Positions 9,743-18,557 of a stretch of DNA of 64,000 bases are shown here, piece after piece. Every line of letters begins with the position of its first letter. The first letter of the stretch is position 1. This DNA is from an uncultured delta proteobacterium (GTDB lineage Bacteria > Desulfobacterota > BSN033 > UBA1163), in NCBI GenBank assembly GCA_963708295.1, contig CAVPSJ010000020.1, positions 64,001 through 128,000 on the forward strand. Reading direction: 5' to 3'. The notes beneath the pieces are model-generated. The model was given only the letters and a program-made list of their open reading frames with translations, was not told the origin of the DNA and did not search any database. A program made the position numbers and the translations under genes.

Positions 9743-10741
9743 ATGCCGAGACAACCAAGACTGGATGCTCCTGGAGCGTTGCATCATATCATAGGCCGAG
9801 GCATCGACCGGACAAGCATATTCCGCACAGATCAAGACCGGGAGGATTTCGTTAATAGGCTGGCAGAATTGTCGATGGCCGGGGAGCTAATCGTGTATGC
9901 TTGGTCCCTGATGGCCAACCACTTTCATTTATTGCTTCGGACAGGTCGGCAGTCTATTTCGAAGAGCATGAGGAAACTTCTTACGGGATACGTCGTGAAC
10001 TTTAACCTGCGGCACAAGAGATATGGTCATCTCTTTCAGAACAGGTACAAGTCGATCATATGTGAAGACGATCCCTATCTGCTGGAATTGACGAGATACA
10101 TTCATTTGAATCCGTTAAGAGCAAGGATAGTTAATAGCTTGGAAGCCGTGAGAGACTATCGTTGGACAGGTCATGCTGCGATCCTTGGGAGGGTGAGGCA
10201 GGAGTGGCAGGATATTGAGGCAATTAGGGCCTATTTCGGTAAGGGGCGTCGGGCAGTTAAGAGATATGAGGAGTATGTGAGAGAAGGGGTATCCCTTGGG
10301 AGGAGGCCAGAATTAGTGGGCGGTGGACTGATACGTAGTTTAGGGGGATGGTCACAGGTGCTGTCGTTGAGGAGGAAAGGAATCAAGGTTGCATCAGACG
10401 AAAGGATCTTAGGGAGGGATGAATTCATACAAGAGCTTATGTCCGAAGCTGAGGAGAGAGAAAAGGAGAGTTTGAGACTGAGTCGTGAGGTTCCAGGACT
10501 ACCAACGTTGGCGAAGAGAATCATAAAGGGGACAGCGGTAGAGGAATCGGAGTTACGTTCGGGGACGCGAAAGAGAGAGGTAGCGAGAGCAAGGAGGCTG
10601 TTTTGTCAGTTGGCGATAGGGAAGATGGGGTATCCCGGTGCAGAAGTTGCCCGTTTTCTTGGGGTGACGACTTCTTCGGTTAATCGGTTGGCCGTTTCCA
10701 AGGAAGTGGTCGATTTAAAGAAATATCTTAAGTTGTTTTAG
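9743..10741 (+). CDS. HUH Y1 (REP-associated-like) tyrosine transposase with C-terminal HTH
   Basis: MPRQPR, HHIIGRG, LMANHFHLL (HUH), GHLFQNRYKS, RYIHLNP; C-terminal VARARRLF...AEVARFLGVT. Confidence 0.9.
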   Translation: MPRQPRLDAPGALHHIIGRGIDRTSIFRTDQDREDFVNRLAELSMAGELIVYAWSLMANHFHLLLRTGRQSISKSMRKLLTGYVVNFNLRHKRYGHLFQNRYKSIICEDDPYLLELTRYIHLNPLRARIVNSLEAVRDYRWTGHAAILGRVRQEWQDIEAIRAYFGKGRRAVKRYEEYVREGVSLGRRPELVGGGLIRSLGGWSQVLSLRRKGIKVASDERILGRDEFIQELMSEAEEREKESLRLSREVPGLPTLAKRIIKGTAVEESELRSGTRKREVARARRLFCQLAIGKMGYPGAEVARFLGVTTSSVNRLAVSKEVVDLKKYLKLF

Positions 10742-10755
10742 AACCAACGTCCCCT

Positions 10756-11306
10756 CTGTTTACTAACGCCAAATCTTCATTCATCTCTAAAAGCGGACTG
10801 ATCCGATCCTCCCTGAGTGCCTTCACATCATTCACATTCACTCTTCTCCCCAGGTTACGGCTCAGAATATTCTGCAAACTATTGATCAGAGATGTCCTTA
10901 GCCTCACCAAGTGCCCCCGTTTCCTTAGAAGATCTCTTACCGGTCTCTCTTCCCTCGGATAAATGTAACCCTCTGGCAAAATCCCTAACCGCAGCATCTC
11001 CGCCAACCAAAACGCATCGTGTTTATCATCCGAATGCTTTAACCCGGAATATTGTTGAATCGCTGACGGATTGGCCAGGTGGACCTGATACCCGTTCTCC
11101 ATCAGCCCATCCACCATCCAGTACCAGTTATATGTCGATTCCACCGCAATCCCCACGAGCTTCTCCTGAAACGGCTTCAGTGTCTCTCGAACCAATCCAA
11201 TATCATTCGATAACCTCTTCTTAAAAACCCTCTTTCCCTCTCCATCGATGATCCCAATAAAATTGTTGTTGCCATGAAGATCACATCCCGCATATAATCC
11301 CTTCAT
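10756..11306 (-). pseudogene. IS110-family transposase, N-terminal DEDD part only, cut at the RAYT TIR
   Basis: YAGCDLH, AVESTYNWYW, KHSDDKHDA motifs; RBS GGAGGTG; reading frame runs into the TIR after EDLAL. Confidence 0.85.
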
Positions 11307-11382
11307 AAGGCACCTCCTTGGGTTAAGATTCGGCTCTTTGCCCAAGCATACCACACTCCGTGGTATGTTCAGATGGTGCCTT
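11307..11382 (-). promoter_or_regulatory. Structured IS110 5' non-coding end (three-stem junction)
   Basis: 11307-14/11375-82, 11317-22/11341-46 and 11347-54/11360-67 are perfect complementary pairs; two of the stems overlap the RBS. Confidence 0.55.
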
Positions 11383-11410
11383 TTATATGATTATCAGGTC
11401 TTGAAATATA

Positions 11411-11482
11411 GCGTGCCCAGCGAAGAGTAGCGCAATCTATCGGGTGGAAGTCCCGTCGTGGTAAAAGCCAGAGCCACGCAGC
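11411..11482 (+). other. Possible 5' remnant of a bacterial group II intron
   Basis: GCGTGCCCAGCG...GCGCAATCTATCGGGTGGAAGTCCCG resembles domain I starts as I recall them; no RT or domain V/VI follows. Confidence 0.4.
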
Positions 11483-11683
11483 TTGGATGGCAGGATGGTT
11501 ATGCACTTCAAAGATAAATTGGTTGAACTTAATAGTGGAGAAATGATCGTCATCCCTAAGGGAGTGGAACATAAACCCACATCCAGAGAGGGTTATAAAG
11601 CTCTTCTCATAGAGCCGGAGGGTGTCGCTAATACTGGCGACGTTAAGAGCGAGATGACTATAAAGAAAATAGAATGGATATAG
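11483..11683 (+). pseudogene. Cupin-domain protein, C-terminal half
   Basis: GEMIVIPKGVEHKP...LLIEP..NTG; first cupin motif missing. Confidence 0.7.
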
Positions 11684-11815
11684 AACCCCATAACTTGCTG
11701 CAGTAAGTAATTCCCATCCCACTCATCTCCAGGCACGCCCCGCACGAACGTCCCACTAATCGGCGAACGTCCCGCTGACCGAATGATCCCATCTCGGGGA
11801 GACACCATTGGCACC

Positions 11816-12217
11816 CTATTGGGTCTCGAGCCACTTCATGGCTTCATCAGGGTCGCTAAACATCTTTACTGTAACGCCGGTATCAGCATATTCTTTAATG
11901 ATTCGTTTCATAACCATTTGTCCTATAATTTTCTCTGGGAGAACAAGAGCCCAATATTTCCACCCTGCCTTAATGACACGAGGCCTCCAAACGGTCGCAG
12001 TCCATTCCATGTCCTCCTTACCGATTACGGTATTTTTTCTGTCATCGGATAACCATTTTCGAGCCCCATTTTTCTCAAGTATCGTAGCTCCTTCACTTAA
12101 TCCGTCCTGCAAATCCTTCCCACATGTAAATTTATGAAATTGATGGTGGACGATCTTCTTATCATGATGATACCATATAGTGATAAATTCGTTGTCAAGA
12201 ACAACTTCTTTTTCCAT
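11816..12217 (-). CDS. Hypothetical protein, STAS/SEC14(SpoIIAA)-like
   Basis: KWLSDDR, AGWKYWALV, FSDPDEAMKWL pattern; RBS AAGGAG. Confidence 0.6.
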   Translation of the reverse strand: MEKEVVLDNEFITIWYHHDKKIVHHQFHKFTCGKDLQDGLSEGATILEKNGARKWLSDDRKNTVIGKEDMEWTATVWRPRVIKAGWKYWALVLPEKIIGQMVMKRIIKEYADTGVTVKMFSDPDEAMKWLETQ

Positions 12218-12406
12218 AATTCAAGCTCCTTTCAAAAGATTGGCCGGCAAGTGTCGCGCAAGCCCCGCTTCCAGGGGGGAAGGGTATAATTGAAAAGATA
12301 TTTCCTTTGCTCGCATTCCTCTCGCCACTGGTGGAATGTGGAGTCACCCATTGGCGCCTGTTAAGAGGTGGCGGGGTCGGCCCCTCGAAATTGGTCCGGG
12401 GCCGCG

Positions 12407-12691
12407 TTAAAGCCTTTTCTTTATCGTATCATAAACCTTTTTTCTATGAATGATACCGAGTATCCAAACCTCTTCATCCACAATTCTAAAGACTACGCGA
12501 TAATCCCCAACTCTCAACTTCCAATAGCCACGGAGTGTTTTTCGCAATGGTTCACCGTATTGATGAGGCGCTGTCGTCAGCCGGTTTTCAACAGCGTTCT
12601 TAATGCGAGTTCGGAGCCTTGCGTCAAGAAGGGGAATATCCACGGTTTTCACATCAGGATGGTATCTGAGTTCGAATGGCACAGTTACCAA
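12407..12691 (-). CDS. relE: Type II toxin, RelE/ParE family
   Basis: YGEPLRKTLRGYWKLRVGDYRVVF...IIHRKKVY. Confidence 0.88.
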   Translation of the reverse strand: MVTVPFELRYHPDVKTVDIPLLDARLRTRIKNAVENRLTTAPHQYGEPLRKTLRGYWKLRVGDYRVVFRIVDEEVWILGIIHRKKVYDTIKKRL

Positions 12692-12909
12692 ACCTCATGA
12701 TGCTTCAGTGCCTTTGTTCTTGCGAATGTCCGTTCTCTTTTCTCCGCGAATGCCGAAAGCGCTCTATCCTCCTCGATGTCCAGCGCCTCTTTCACGAGGT
12801 CCCGTACTTTTAACGAGAGGGAAACACCATCTCTGCTCGCCAGTTGCTCGATGGTATGGTAAAGAGGCTTCTCCAGAACGACGTTGATCCGTGGGTTCTT
12901 TGCGGGCAT
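12685..12909 (-). CDS. RHH-type antitoxin
   Basis: NPRINVVLE...SLSLKVRDLV; overlaps the toxin; RBS GGAGG; TTGACG-17-TACATT promoter upstream. Confidence 0.8.
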   Translation of the reverse strand: MPAKNPRINVVLEKPLYHTIEQLASRDGVSLSLKVRDLVKEALDIEEDRALSAFAEKRERTFARTKALKHHEVW

Positions 12910-13105
12910 AATTCTTACCTCCAAAGCTAATGTAACACTTTTGACACACTAGCGTCAACCAAATGTTTCCCTGACCCGTCCCCTCGATTCGATGGTTGAC
13001 GCCTGCCCCGTCCGTTGCTATCTTTAAATAGAGGATTTCAGTGATCCTTTTCGCATCTGAGCGAATTTGCACAAAAAAGAGACTCTCGAAAAGCGAGGTT
13101 TTTCA

Positions 13106-13886
13106 ATGGCAGGATCAACCATCTGGAAAGGGACCATCCACTTCGGGGATACGGATTTGGCCGTAAAGCTTCATACTGCGGTGAGGGAAGAACGGATTCA
13201 GTTTCACCTCCTCCACAAGCACGACAAGGTGAGACTGCGTCAGCAGATGGTCTGTGCGTACGAGAAACAGCCGGTGCCGGCGGAAGAACAGTCCAAAGGG
13301 TTTGAAGTGGAGGAAGGAAGGTATATTATCGTAGATCCGGAGGAACTCGAACAAACCGCTTCCGAAAGCAGCCGGATGATCGAGGTTCATGAATTCGTCA
13401 AAACGGAGCAAATTGACCCCTTTTTCCTAGGACGCGTCTATTCTCTGGAGCCGGATAATCCGGAAATTCATGGAAAGGGATACAACGCGCTTGTCGGAGC
13501 TTTGAAAGAGATGGATGTGGAAGGCATCTGCACCTGGACCATGAGAAAGCGGTCCTATCTCGGGGCCCTGCAGGCACGCGGGAAGGTTCTTCGTTTGAAT
13601 ACGCTGCGGTATGCCGACGAGGTGATTCCGGTAGAATCTCTCCAACTGCAGGACGTTCCGGTGTCGGAAAAGGAGCTGAAAATCGGGAGCGATTTAATCA
13701 AGCAGTTGACGGCTCCTTTTGAGCCGGGGAAGTTTGAAAATGAACATGAGAAGAAGTTGCAGGATATGATCGCGAAAAAAGCCCGCGGGGAGAAGATGGC
13801 GGTCCTGGCCCCTAGAGCGCTTGAAACCCACGAAATCAGACCAGTTGCTTCAGGTTCTCGAAGCGAGTCTGAAGAAAGCCGCCTGA
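13106..13886 (+). CDS. ku: NHEJ Ku protein, copy 1 (frameshift near 13815 restores ...LLQVLEASLKKAA*)
   Basis: IWKGTIHFG, IQFHLLH, IEVHEFV, TLRYADEV; alternative-frame tail ends TGA 13884-13886. Confidence 0.85.
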
Positions 13887-14045
13887 CGGGAAGCATGAGA
13901 GGGCAGGGACAACCCATCCCCACCCCAGCCCTCCCCTTGAAAGGGAGGGGGAAGTTATATTTCTCGTCCTTGAAAGGAGGGTGAAATTATACTTCTCCCC
14001 CTTCAAGGGGGAGATTAGAGGGGGATGGGGTTTCGGAGGAATGAG

Positions 14046-14828
14046 ATGGCTGTGCAGGGAATATGGAGTGGAACGATCAGTTTCAGCCTGGTGGCGATCC
14101 CGGTACGGTTGGTGACCGCCGTTGAGCCAGGCCGGGTCTCATTTCACCTGCTCCACAATAAGGATTATTCTCCCCTCACAAGAAGAATGGTTTGTCCGAA
14201 AGAAGGAACGACTGTCCCGCGGGATGAGATCATAAGGGGATATGAGATCGCGCCCGACCAATACGTCCTGATAACGGACGAGGAACTGGAATCCGTCTCG
14301 CCGGAGCGGAGCCGCACGATCGAGATCGTCGAGTTCATCGATCTGAAGGAAGTGGACCCGATCTATTATGATCACCCCTATTATCTCGTTCCTTCGAAAG
14401 GGGGCGAAAAAGCGTATCGGCTGCTGGTCGAGGTGTTGCGCCGGACAAACAAGGCAGGGCTCGCAAAATTCGTCCTGGCTGAACGTGAGTATCTGGTGGC
14501 TGTTATACCCAGGGACGAAGCGCTGGCCCTCATCACGCTCCATTACAGCGATGAAACCCTGCCCGATGAAGGCCTTTCACCAAAGAAAGGGAAGAACGGG
14601 GCCGAGGAGGAAAACCGGATGAAGAAAAGCGTGAAGCAGATGATCAAAGATTTTCATCCGGAAAAATACGCGAACGAGCGCCGGAAAAGGATTATGGGGC
14701 TCTTGGAGGCGAAGGCGAAAGAAAAACCCCCGGTGGAGGCTCCTGCGGTAGAGGAGAAGGAGGGGGAAGGTCCGGCCGATCTGGTGGCTGCGCTGGAGGA
14801 GAGTATGCGGAAAATGAAAGCCAGTTAG
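14046..14828 (+). CDS. ku: NHEJ Ku protein, copy 2
   Basis: IWSGTISFSLVAIPVRL, YYDHPYYL, KAYRLL, DLVAALEES. Confidence 0.92.
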   Translation: MAVQGIWSGTISFSLVAIPVRLVTAVEPGRVSFHLLHNKDYSPLTRRMVCPKEGTTVPRDEIIRGYEIAPDQYVLITDEELESVSPERSRTIEIVEFIDLKEVDPIYYDHPYYLVPSKGGEKAYRLLVEVLRRTNKAGLAKFVLAEREYLVAVIPRDEALALITLHYSDETLPDEGLSPKKGKNGAEEENRMKKSVKQMIKDFHPEKYANERRKRIMGLLEAKAKEKPPVEAPAVEEKEGEGPADLVAALEESMRKMKAS

Positions 14829-14932
14829 AGACCCTGCTTTCTAGCGATCTAAGATTGTCGCTTTGTTCCGCTTACCTACTAATGAAGTAAAAACAATCGC
14901 CGCGGCTTTTTCTAACGGGGCAAGGAGAAACG

Positions 14933-15838
14933 GTGAGCCGTACATTCGTCAAGATGGCCGGGAGGAGACTCTCTTTATCTAACCTCGAAAAGGACCTTTA
15001 CGCTTCCTACGGTTTCACAAAGGCCCACATCTTGGAATACTACCGCCGGATCGCACCGTTCATGCTCCCTCATTTGAGAGACCGGGCATTGACCTTGAAG
15101 CGTTATCCGGAAGGGGTGGAAAAGGATTTCTTTTTCGAGAAGCGTTGTCCTTCTCACCGTCCGGCCTGGGTGAAAACAGCAGAGATCCCGCAGGAGGACG
15201 GAGAGCGGATGACGGTCTGCCTGGTCAACGATCTGGATACACTGATATGGGCGGAGAACCTTGCGTCCATTGAACTCCATGTGCCGCAAGCCAGGGCCGC
15301 TTCTCCCGAGATGGCCGATTCGATGGTCTTTGACCTGGATCCCGGCGATCCAGCAGGCATCCTGGAGTGTGCCCGGGTGGCGCTGATCCTTCGGGAACTG
15401 CTCTCCCGGATGGGGCTTGCGAGCTATGTCAAGACTTCAGGGAAAAAAGGGCTCCATGTCTATGTTCCCTTGAACCGGAAAGGAACCACCTTCGAGGATA
15501 CCAAGACGTTTTCAAAGGCTGTTGCAGAAATCATGCAGAAGCATTATCCGGATCTGGTGACTGCGAAAATGACAAAGGAAAACCGGAGCGGAAAGGTTTT
15601 TATCAACTGGTCTCAAAACGACGCATCGAAGACGATGATCTGCGTTTACTCTCTGCGCGCCCGGGAGAAACCATTCGTCTCGTTTCCGCTCGAATGGAAG
15701 GAAATCGACCCTCTGGCCGGGCGTGGCGATCCGGAAAGGCTGCAAGTCATACATTCAGAGGCGGTGAAAAGAGTTGAAAAAAAAGGTGACCTTTTTCGAG
15801 AGGTGCTCGTGAAAGAGCAGAAGCTTCCTCATTTATAG
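14933..15838 (+). CDS. ligD: LigD polymerase (primase-polymerase) domain, stand-alone
   Basis: KRYPEG, FFEKRCP, ASIELH, FDLDP, KTSGKKGLHV, YSLRAR. Confidence 0.9.
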   Translation: MSRTFVKMAGRRLSLSNLEKDLYASYGFTKAHILEYYRRIAPFMLPHLRDRALTLKRYPEGVEKDFFFEKRCPSHRPAWVKTAEIPQEDGERMTVCLVNDLDTLIWAENLASIELHVPQARAASPEMADSMVFDLDPGDPAGILECARVALILRELLSRMGLASYVKTSGKKGLHVYVPLNRKGTTFEDTKTFSKAVAEIMQKHYPDLVTAKMTKENRSGKVFINWSQNDASKTMICVYSLRAREKPFVSFPLEWKEIDPLAGRGDPERLQVIHSEAVKRVEKKGDLFREVLVKEQKLPHL

Positions 15839-15839
15839 C

Positions 15840-16000
15840 TTCCCCTTAACCCCCCTCTTTCCCCCCTTAAATTAAGGGGGGATGAGGTGGTTTGCGTTAA
15901 ATTAAGGGGGGAGGAGGGTGGGTTCCCTAAATCCCTAAATTAAGAGGGATGAAGAGGGGTTACCCCTCCCCTTAGAGTAAGGGGAGGTCCGGAGGGGTTA
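15840..16000. repeat. Cluster of CCCCCCTTAA-n-TTAAGGGGG palindromes
   Basis: Same family at ~50420-50490 and ~58515-58565. Confidence 0.7.
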
Positions 16001-16011
16001 CGAGGACTGTT

Positions 16012-17622
16012 ATGGGATTAAAAGATTACGCAGCTAAACGGGAATTCGAGAAAACACCCGAGCCGAAACCGGGCCTTCGACAGAAGGGAGACCGTCTCGT
16101 TTTTGTCGTTCAAAAGCACGCGGCACGGGCCCTTCATTATGATCTCAGGCTGGAGCTGGAAGGGGTGCTGAAGAGCTGGGCCGTGCCGAGGGGGCCCTCG
16201 CTGAATCCTTCCTTGAAAAGGCTGGCGGTTCTGGTTGAAGACCACCCGCTGGATTACAAGGATTTTGAAGGTGTTATTCCGGAGGGCAGTTACGGCGCAG
16301 GAAGCGTGATCATCTGGGACAGGGGTTTTTATCGTCACCCTTCCACCCGAGATGAGAACGAAAGTGAGAAACTTCTCCTGGACGGGTTCAGAAAAGGGGA
16401 TTTGAAGTTCGTCCTTGAAGGGGAAAAGCTTCACGGTGAATTCGCGCTGGTAAGAATGAGAAAAGACGAGAAATCGTGGCTTCTCCTGAAGAAAAAAGAC
16501 CGATATGCGGCCCAGGGGGAGATTCTCAAGGAGAGCCGTTCCGTCGTGTCCCAGAAGACCCTGGAGGAGATGCTCGAGACCGACACTCAGAAGTCGTTCA
16601 GGCAAAAGAAACGAAACCAGATCCGCCTTCACGAAGCGGTGGAAAGCGAAGACCTGGAGGATGCGCCGGTCAAACCGATGCCGCACGGTATAGAACCGAT
16701 GCTCGCGACGCCAGTCACGAAACCATTTGATCATCCGGACTGGATCTTTGAGGTGAAATGGGACGGGTATCGGACCGTTGCCGAAATCAGGGACGGGAGC
16801 GTTTCGCTTTATTCCCGGAACGGGATCTCGTTCGACAAAAAGTACTCTCCTATTGCGGAGTCGCTTCGAAAATTCGGATTTGACGCTGTTCTGGACGGCG
16901 AAATTGTTGTCGTGGATGACCAGGGACGCCCTGATTTCCAGGCGCTGCAGCATTACCAGGACTCCGGGGGCGGTCATTTGCTCTACTACGTTTTCGATCT
17001 CCTCTACTTTCGTGGACATGATCTGACGGACCTACCCTTGGTCAGGCGAAAGGAACTGCTGAAAAAAATTCTTCCGTCCGCCCCCAAAATACGATTCAGC
17101 GATCACGTATGGAAAGAAGGCGTTTTGTTTTATGCCGTTGCTAAAGAAAAGGGACTGGAAGGGATTGTGGCCAAACATTCTCAAAGTGCGTACGAGACGA
17201 GCAGAAGGAGCCGGCAGTGGCTGAAGGTGAAGACGCGGCTCACGCAGGAGGGCGTCGTCGCGGGATTTACAGAACCGGGAGGCAGCAGAAAATATTTTGG
17301 CGCCCTTGTCCTGGGCGTATTCGAAGGGGACGAATTGATTTACATCGGCCATCTGGGAGGCGGATTCACGGCGAACAATCTCAGGGAGATTCGCGAAAAA
17401 TTGGAGCCCCTGATCCAAAAAGAATGTCCCTTCACTTTGAAGCCAGAGACCAATACCCCGGTCACCTGGGTGAAGCCGCAGCTGGTCTGCGAGGTGGCTT
17501 TATCCGGCTGGACTGGAGATGGCGTGATGAGGCAGCCCGTTTTCTTACGGCTCCGGGAGGATAAAACCACCCGCGAGGTGATGCGCGAAATGCCCTTGAG
17601 GAGCGGTGGTGGAGGACAGTAA
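16012..17622 (+). CDS. ligD: LigD phosphoesterase plus ATP-dependent ligase
   Basis: QKHAARALHYDLRLE, SWAVPRGP, EDHP; EVKWDGYR, EGIVAK, WLKVK. Confidence 0.93.
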   Translation: MGLKDYAAKREFEKTPEPKPGLRQKGDRLVFVVQKHAARALHYDLRLELEGVLKSWAVPRGPSLNPSLKRLAVLVEDHPLDYKDFEGVIPEGSYGAGSVIIWDRGFYRHPSTRDENESEKLLLDGFRKGDLKFVLEGEKLHGEFALVRMRKDEKSWLLLKKKDRYAAQGEILKESRSVVSQKTLEEMLETDTQKSFRQKKRNQIRLHEAVESEDLEDAPVKPMPHGIEPMLATPVTKPFDHPDWIFEVKWDGYRTVAEIRDGSVSLYSRNGISFDKKYSPIAESLRKFGFDAVLDGEIVVVDDQGRPDFQALQHYQDSGGGHLLYYVFDLLYFRGHDLTDLPLVRRKELLKKILPSAPKIRFSDHVWKEGVLFYAVAKEKGLEGIVAKHSQSAYETSRRSRQWLKVKTRLTQEGVVAGFTEPGGSRKYFGALVLGVFEGDELIYIGHLGGGFTANNLREIREKLEPLIQKECPFTLKPETNTPVTWVKPQLVCEVALSGWTGDGVMRQPVFLRLREDKTTREVMREMPLRSGGGGQ

Positions 17623-17623
17623 A

Positions 17624-18388
17624 ATGATGAAAATCTATGTCGGCACAAGCGGGTATGCGTACAAAGAATGGAGAGGAAAATTCTACCCTGAAAAGATCTC
17701 GCCCAAGGAAATGCTTCGCTTCTATTCGGAACGACTCGCCGCGGTCGAGATCAATAATACCTTCTATCGCATGCCCAAAGAGAGCGTGCTCGTATCCTGG
17801 GGAGAACAGGTTCCGGGAGGTTTCGTCTTCGCGCTCAAAGCGCCCCAGGTCATAACGCATCTGAAGCGGTTGAGAGATGTGTCCGAGGAGACCGACTACC
17901 TCTTCAGGACACTGTCGGTTCTGGACAGGAAGCTTGGGCCGGTCCTCTTTCAGTTTCCCAAGAGTTTTCGTGCAGACCGGTCCGCGCTGGAAGATTTTCT
18001 CGCACTGATTCCCCGCGATATGGCCTCGGCGTTCGAATTCCGCAGCCCATCCTGGCTCAATGACGACATTCTGGACCTCCTTCGTAAAAAGGGAGCCAGC
18101 CTGTGCACCGCCGATTCGGATGAGAATCCGGTACATGAGATCATTCCTACGGCATCATGGGGATATCTGCGCCTGCGCCGTCCCGACTACACGGATGCCG
18201 ATCTGTCGCAATGGATGGAAAGAATCCTTTCGCAAAAATGGGAGAGGGCCTTCGTGTTTTTTAAGCATGAAGACGAGGCGGGGGGGGCCGAGATGGCGAT
18301 GCGTTTTCAAGAGCTTATCGATTCAAGGATGAAGAAAATCGACCCATTCGATTCCCCCGTCCGAAGCCCGGGGTATGCTCAGGGTTGA
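17624..18388 (+). CDS. DUF72 family protein
   Basis: VGTSGYAY..W, VEINNTFY, KAPQVITH, LFQFP, EFRSPSW, YLRLR. Confidence 0.9.
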   Translation: MMKIYVGTSGYAYKEWRGKFYPEKISPKEMLRFYSERLAAVEINNTFYRMPKESVLVSWGEQVPGGFVFALKAPQVITHLKRLRDVSEETDYLFRTLSVLDRKLGPVLFQFPKSFRADRSALEDFLALIPRDMASAFEFRSPSWLNDDILDLLRKKGASLCTADSDENPVHEIIPTASWGYLRLRRPDYTDADLSQWMERILSQKWERAFVFFKHEDEAGGAEMAMRFQELIDSRMKKIDPFDSPVRSPGYAQG

Positions 18389-18449
18389 TACTGAGCGGCG
18401 CTTTTTACCCCAATCCAAAATCGGGGTTTGGCGCTGTCGAACGTATCGA
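18338..18449. repeat. Dispersed repeat, copy 2; supplies the DUF72 C-terminus and stop
   Basis: See 9393-9531. Confidence 0.7.
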
Positions 18450-18557
18450 AACAGGAAGAATAAGGAAAGCCGCTTAGAGAACAAGTTCTGTCCCCTGGGG
18501 GACCGTTACTTAAGTCTTCTCGGAAGATATCGCAGAAAAATCCGGCGTCCGGCGAAT

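Larger units (their letters stand above)
9684..10755 (+). mobile_element. Y1/RAYT-type transposase element bounded by perfect 26-bp terminal inverted repeats
   Basis: AGGGGACGTTGGTTCTAAAACAACTT (9684-9709) and its exact reverse complement (10730-10755). Confidence 0.85.

Noticed and set aside
11745-11775. Two GAACGTCCC motifs resembling the RAYT TIR end
   Set aside because: Only an 8-bp match, too short to support a claim.
15840-16000. Repeated palindromes as a CRISPR array
   Set aside because: Degenerate, irregularly spaced and dispersed elsewhere in the window; REP-like.
16018-17019. Long antisense ORF (333 aa), and similar ones at 4100, 5849, 17462 and 34590
   Set aside because: They are shadows of well-supported genes on the opposite strand and carry no motifs.
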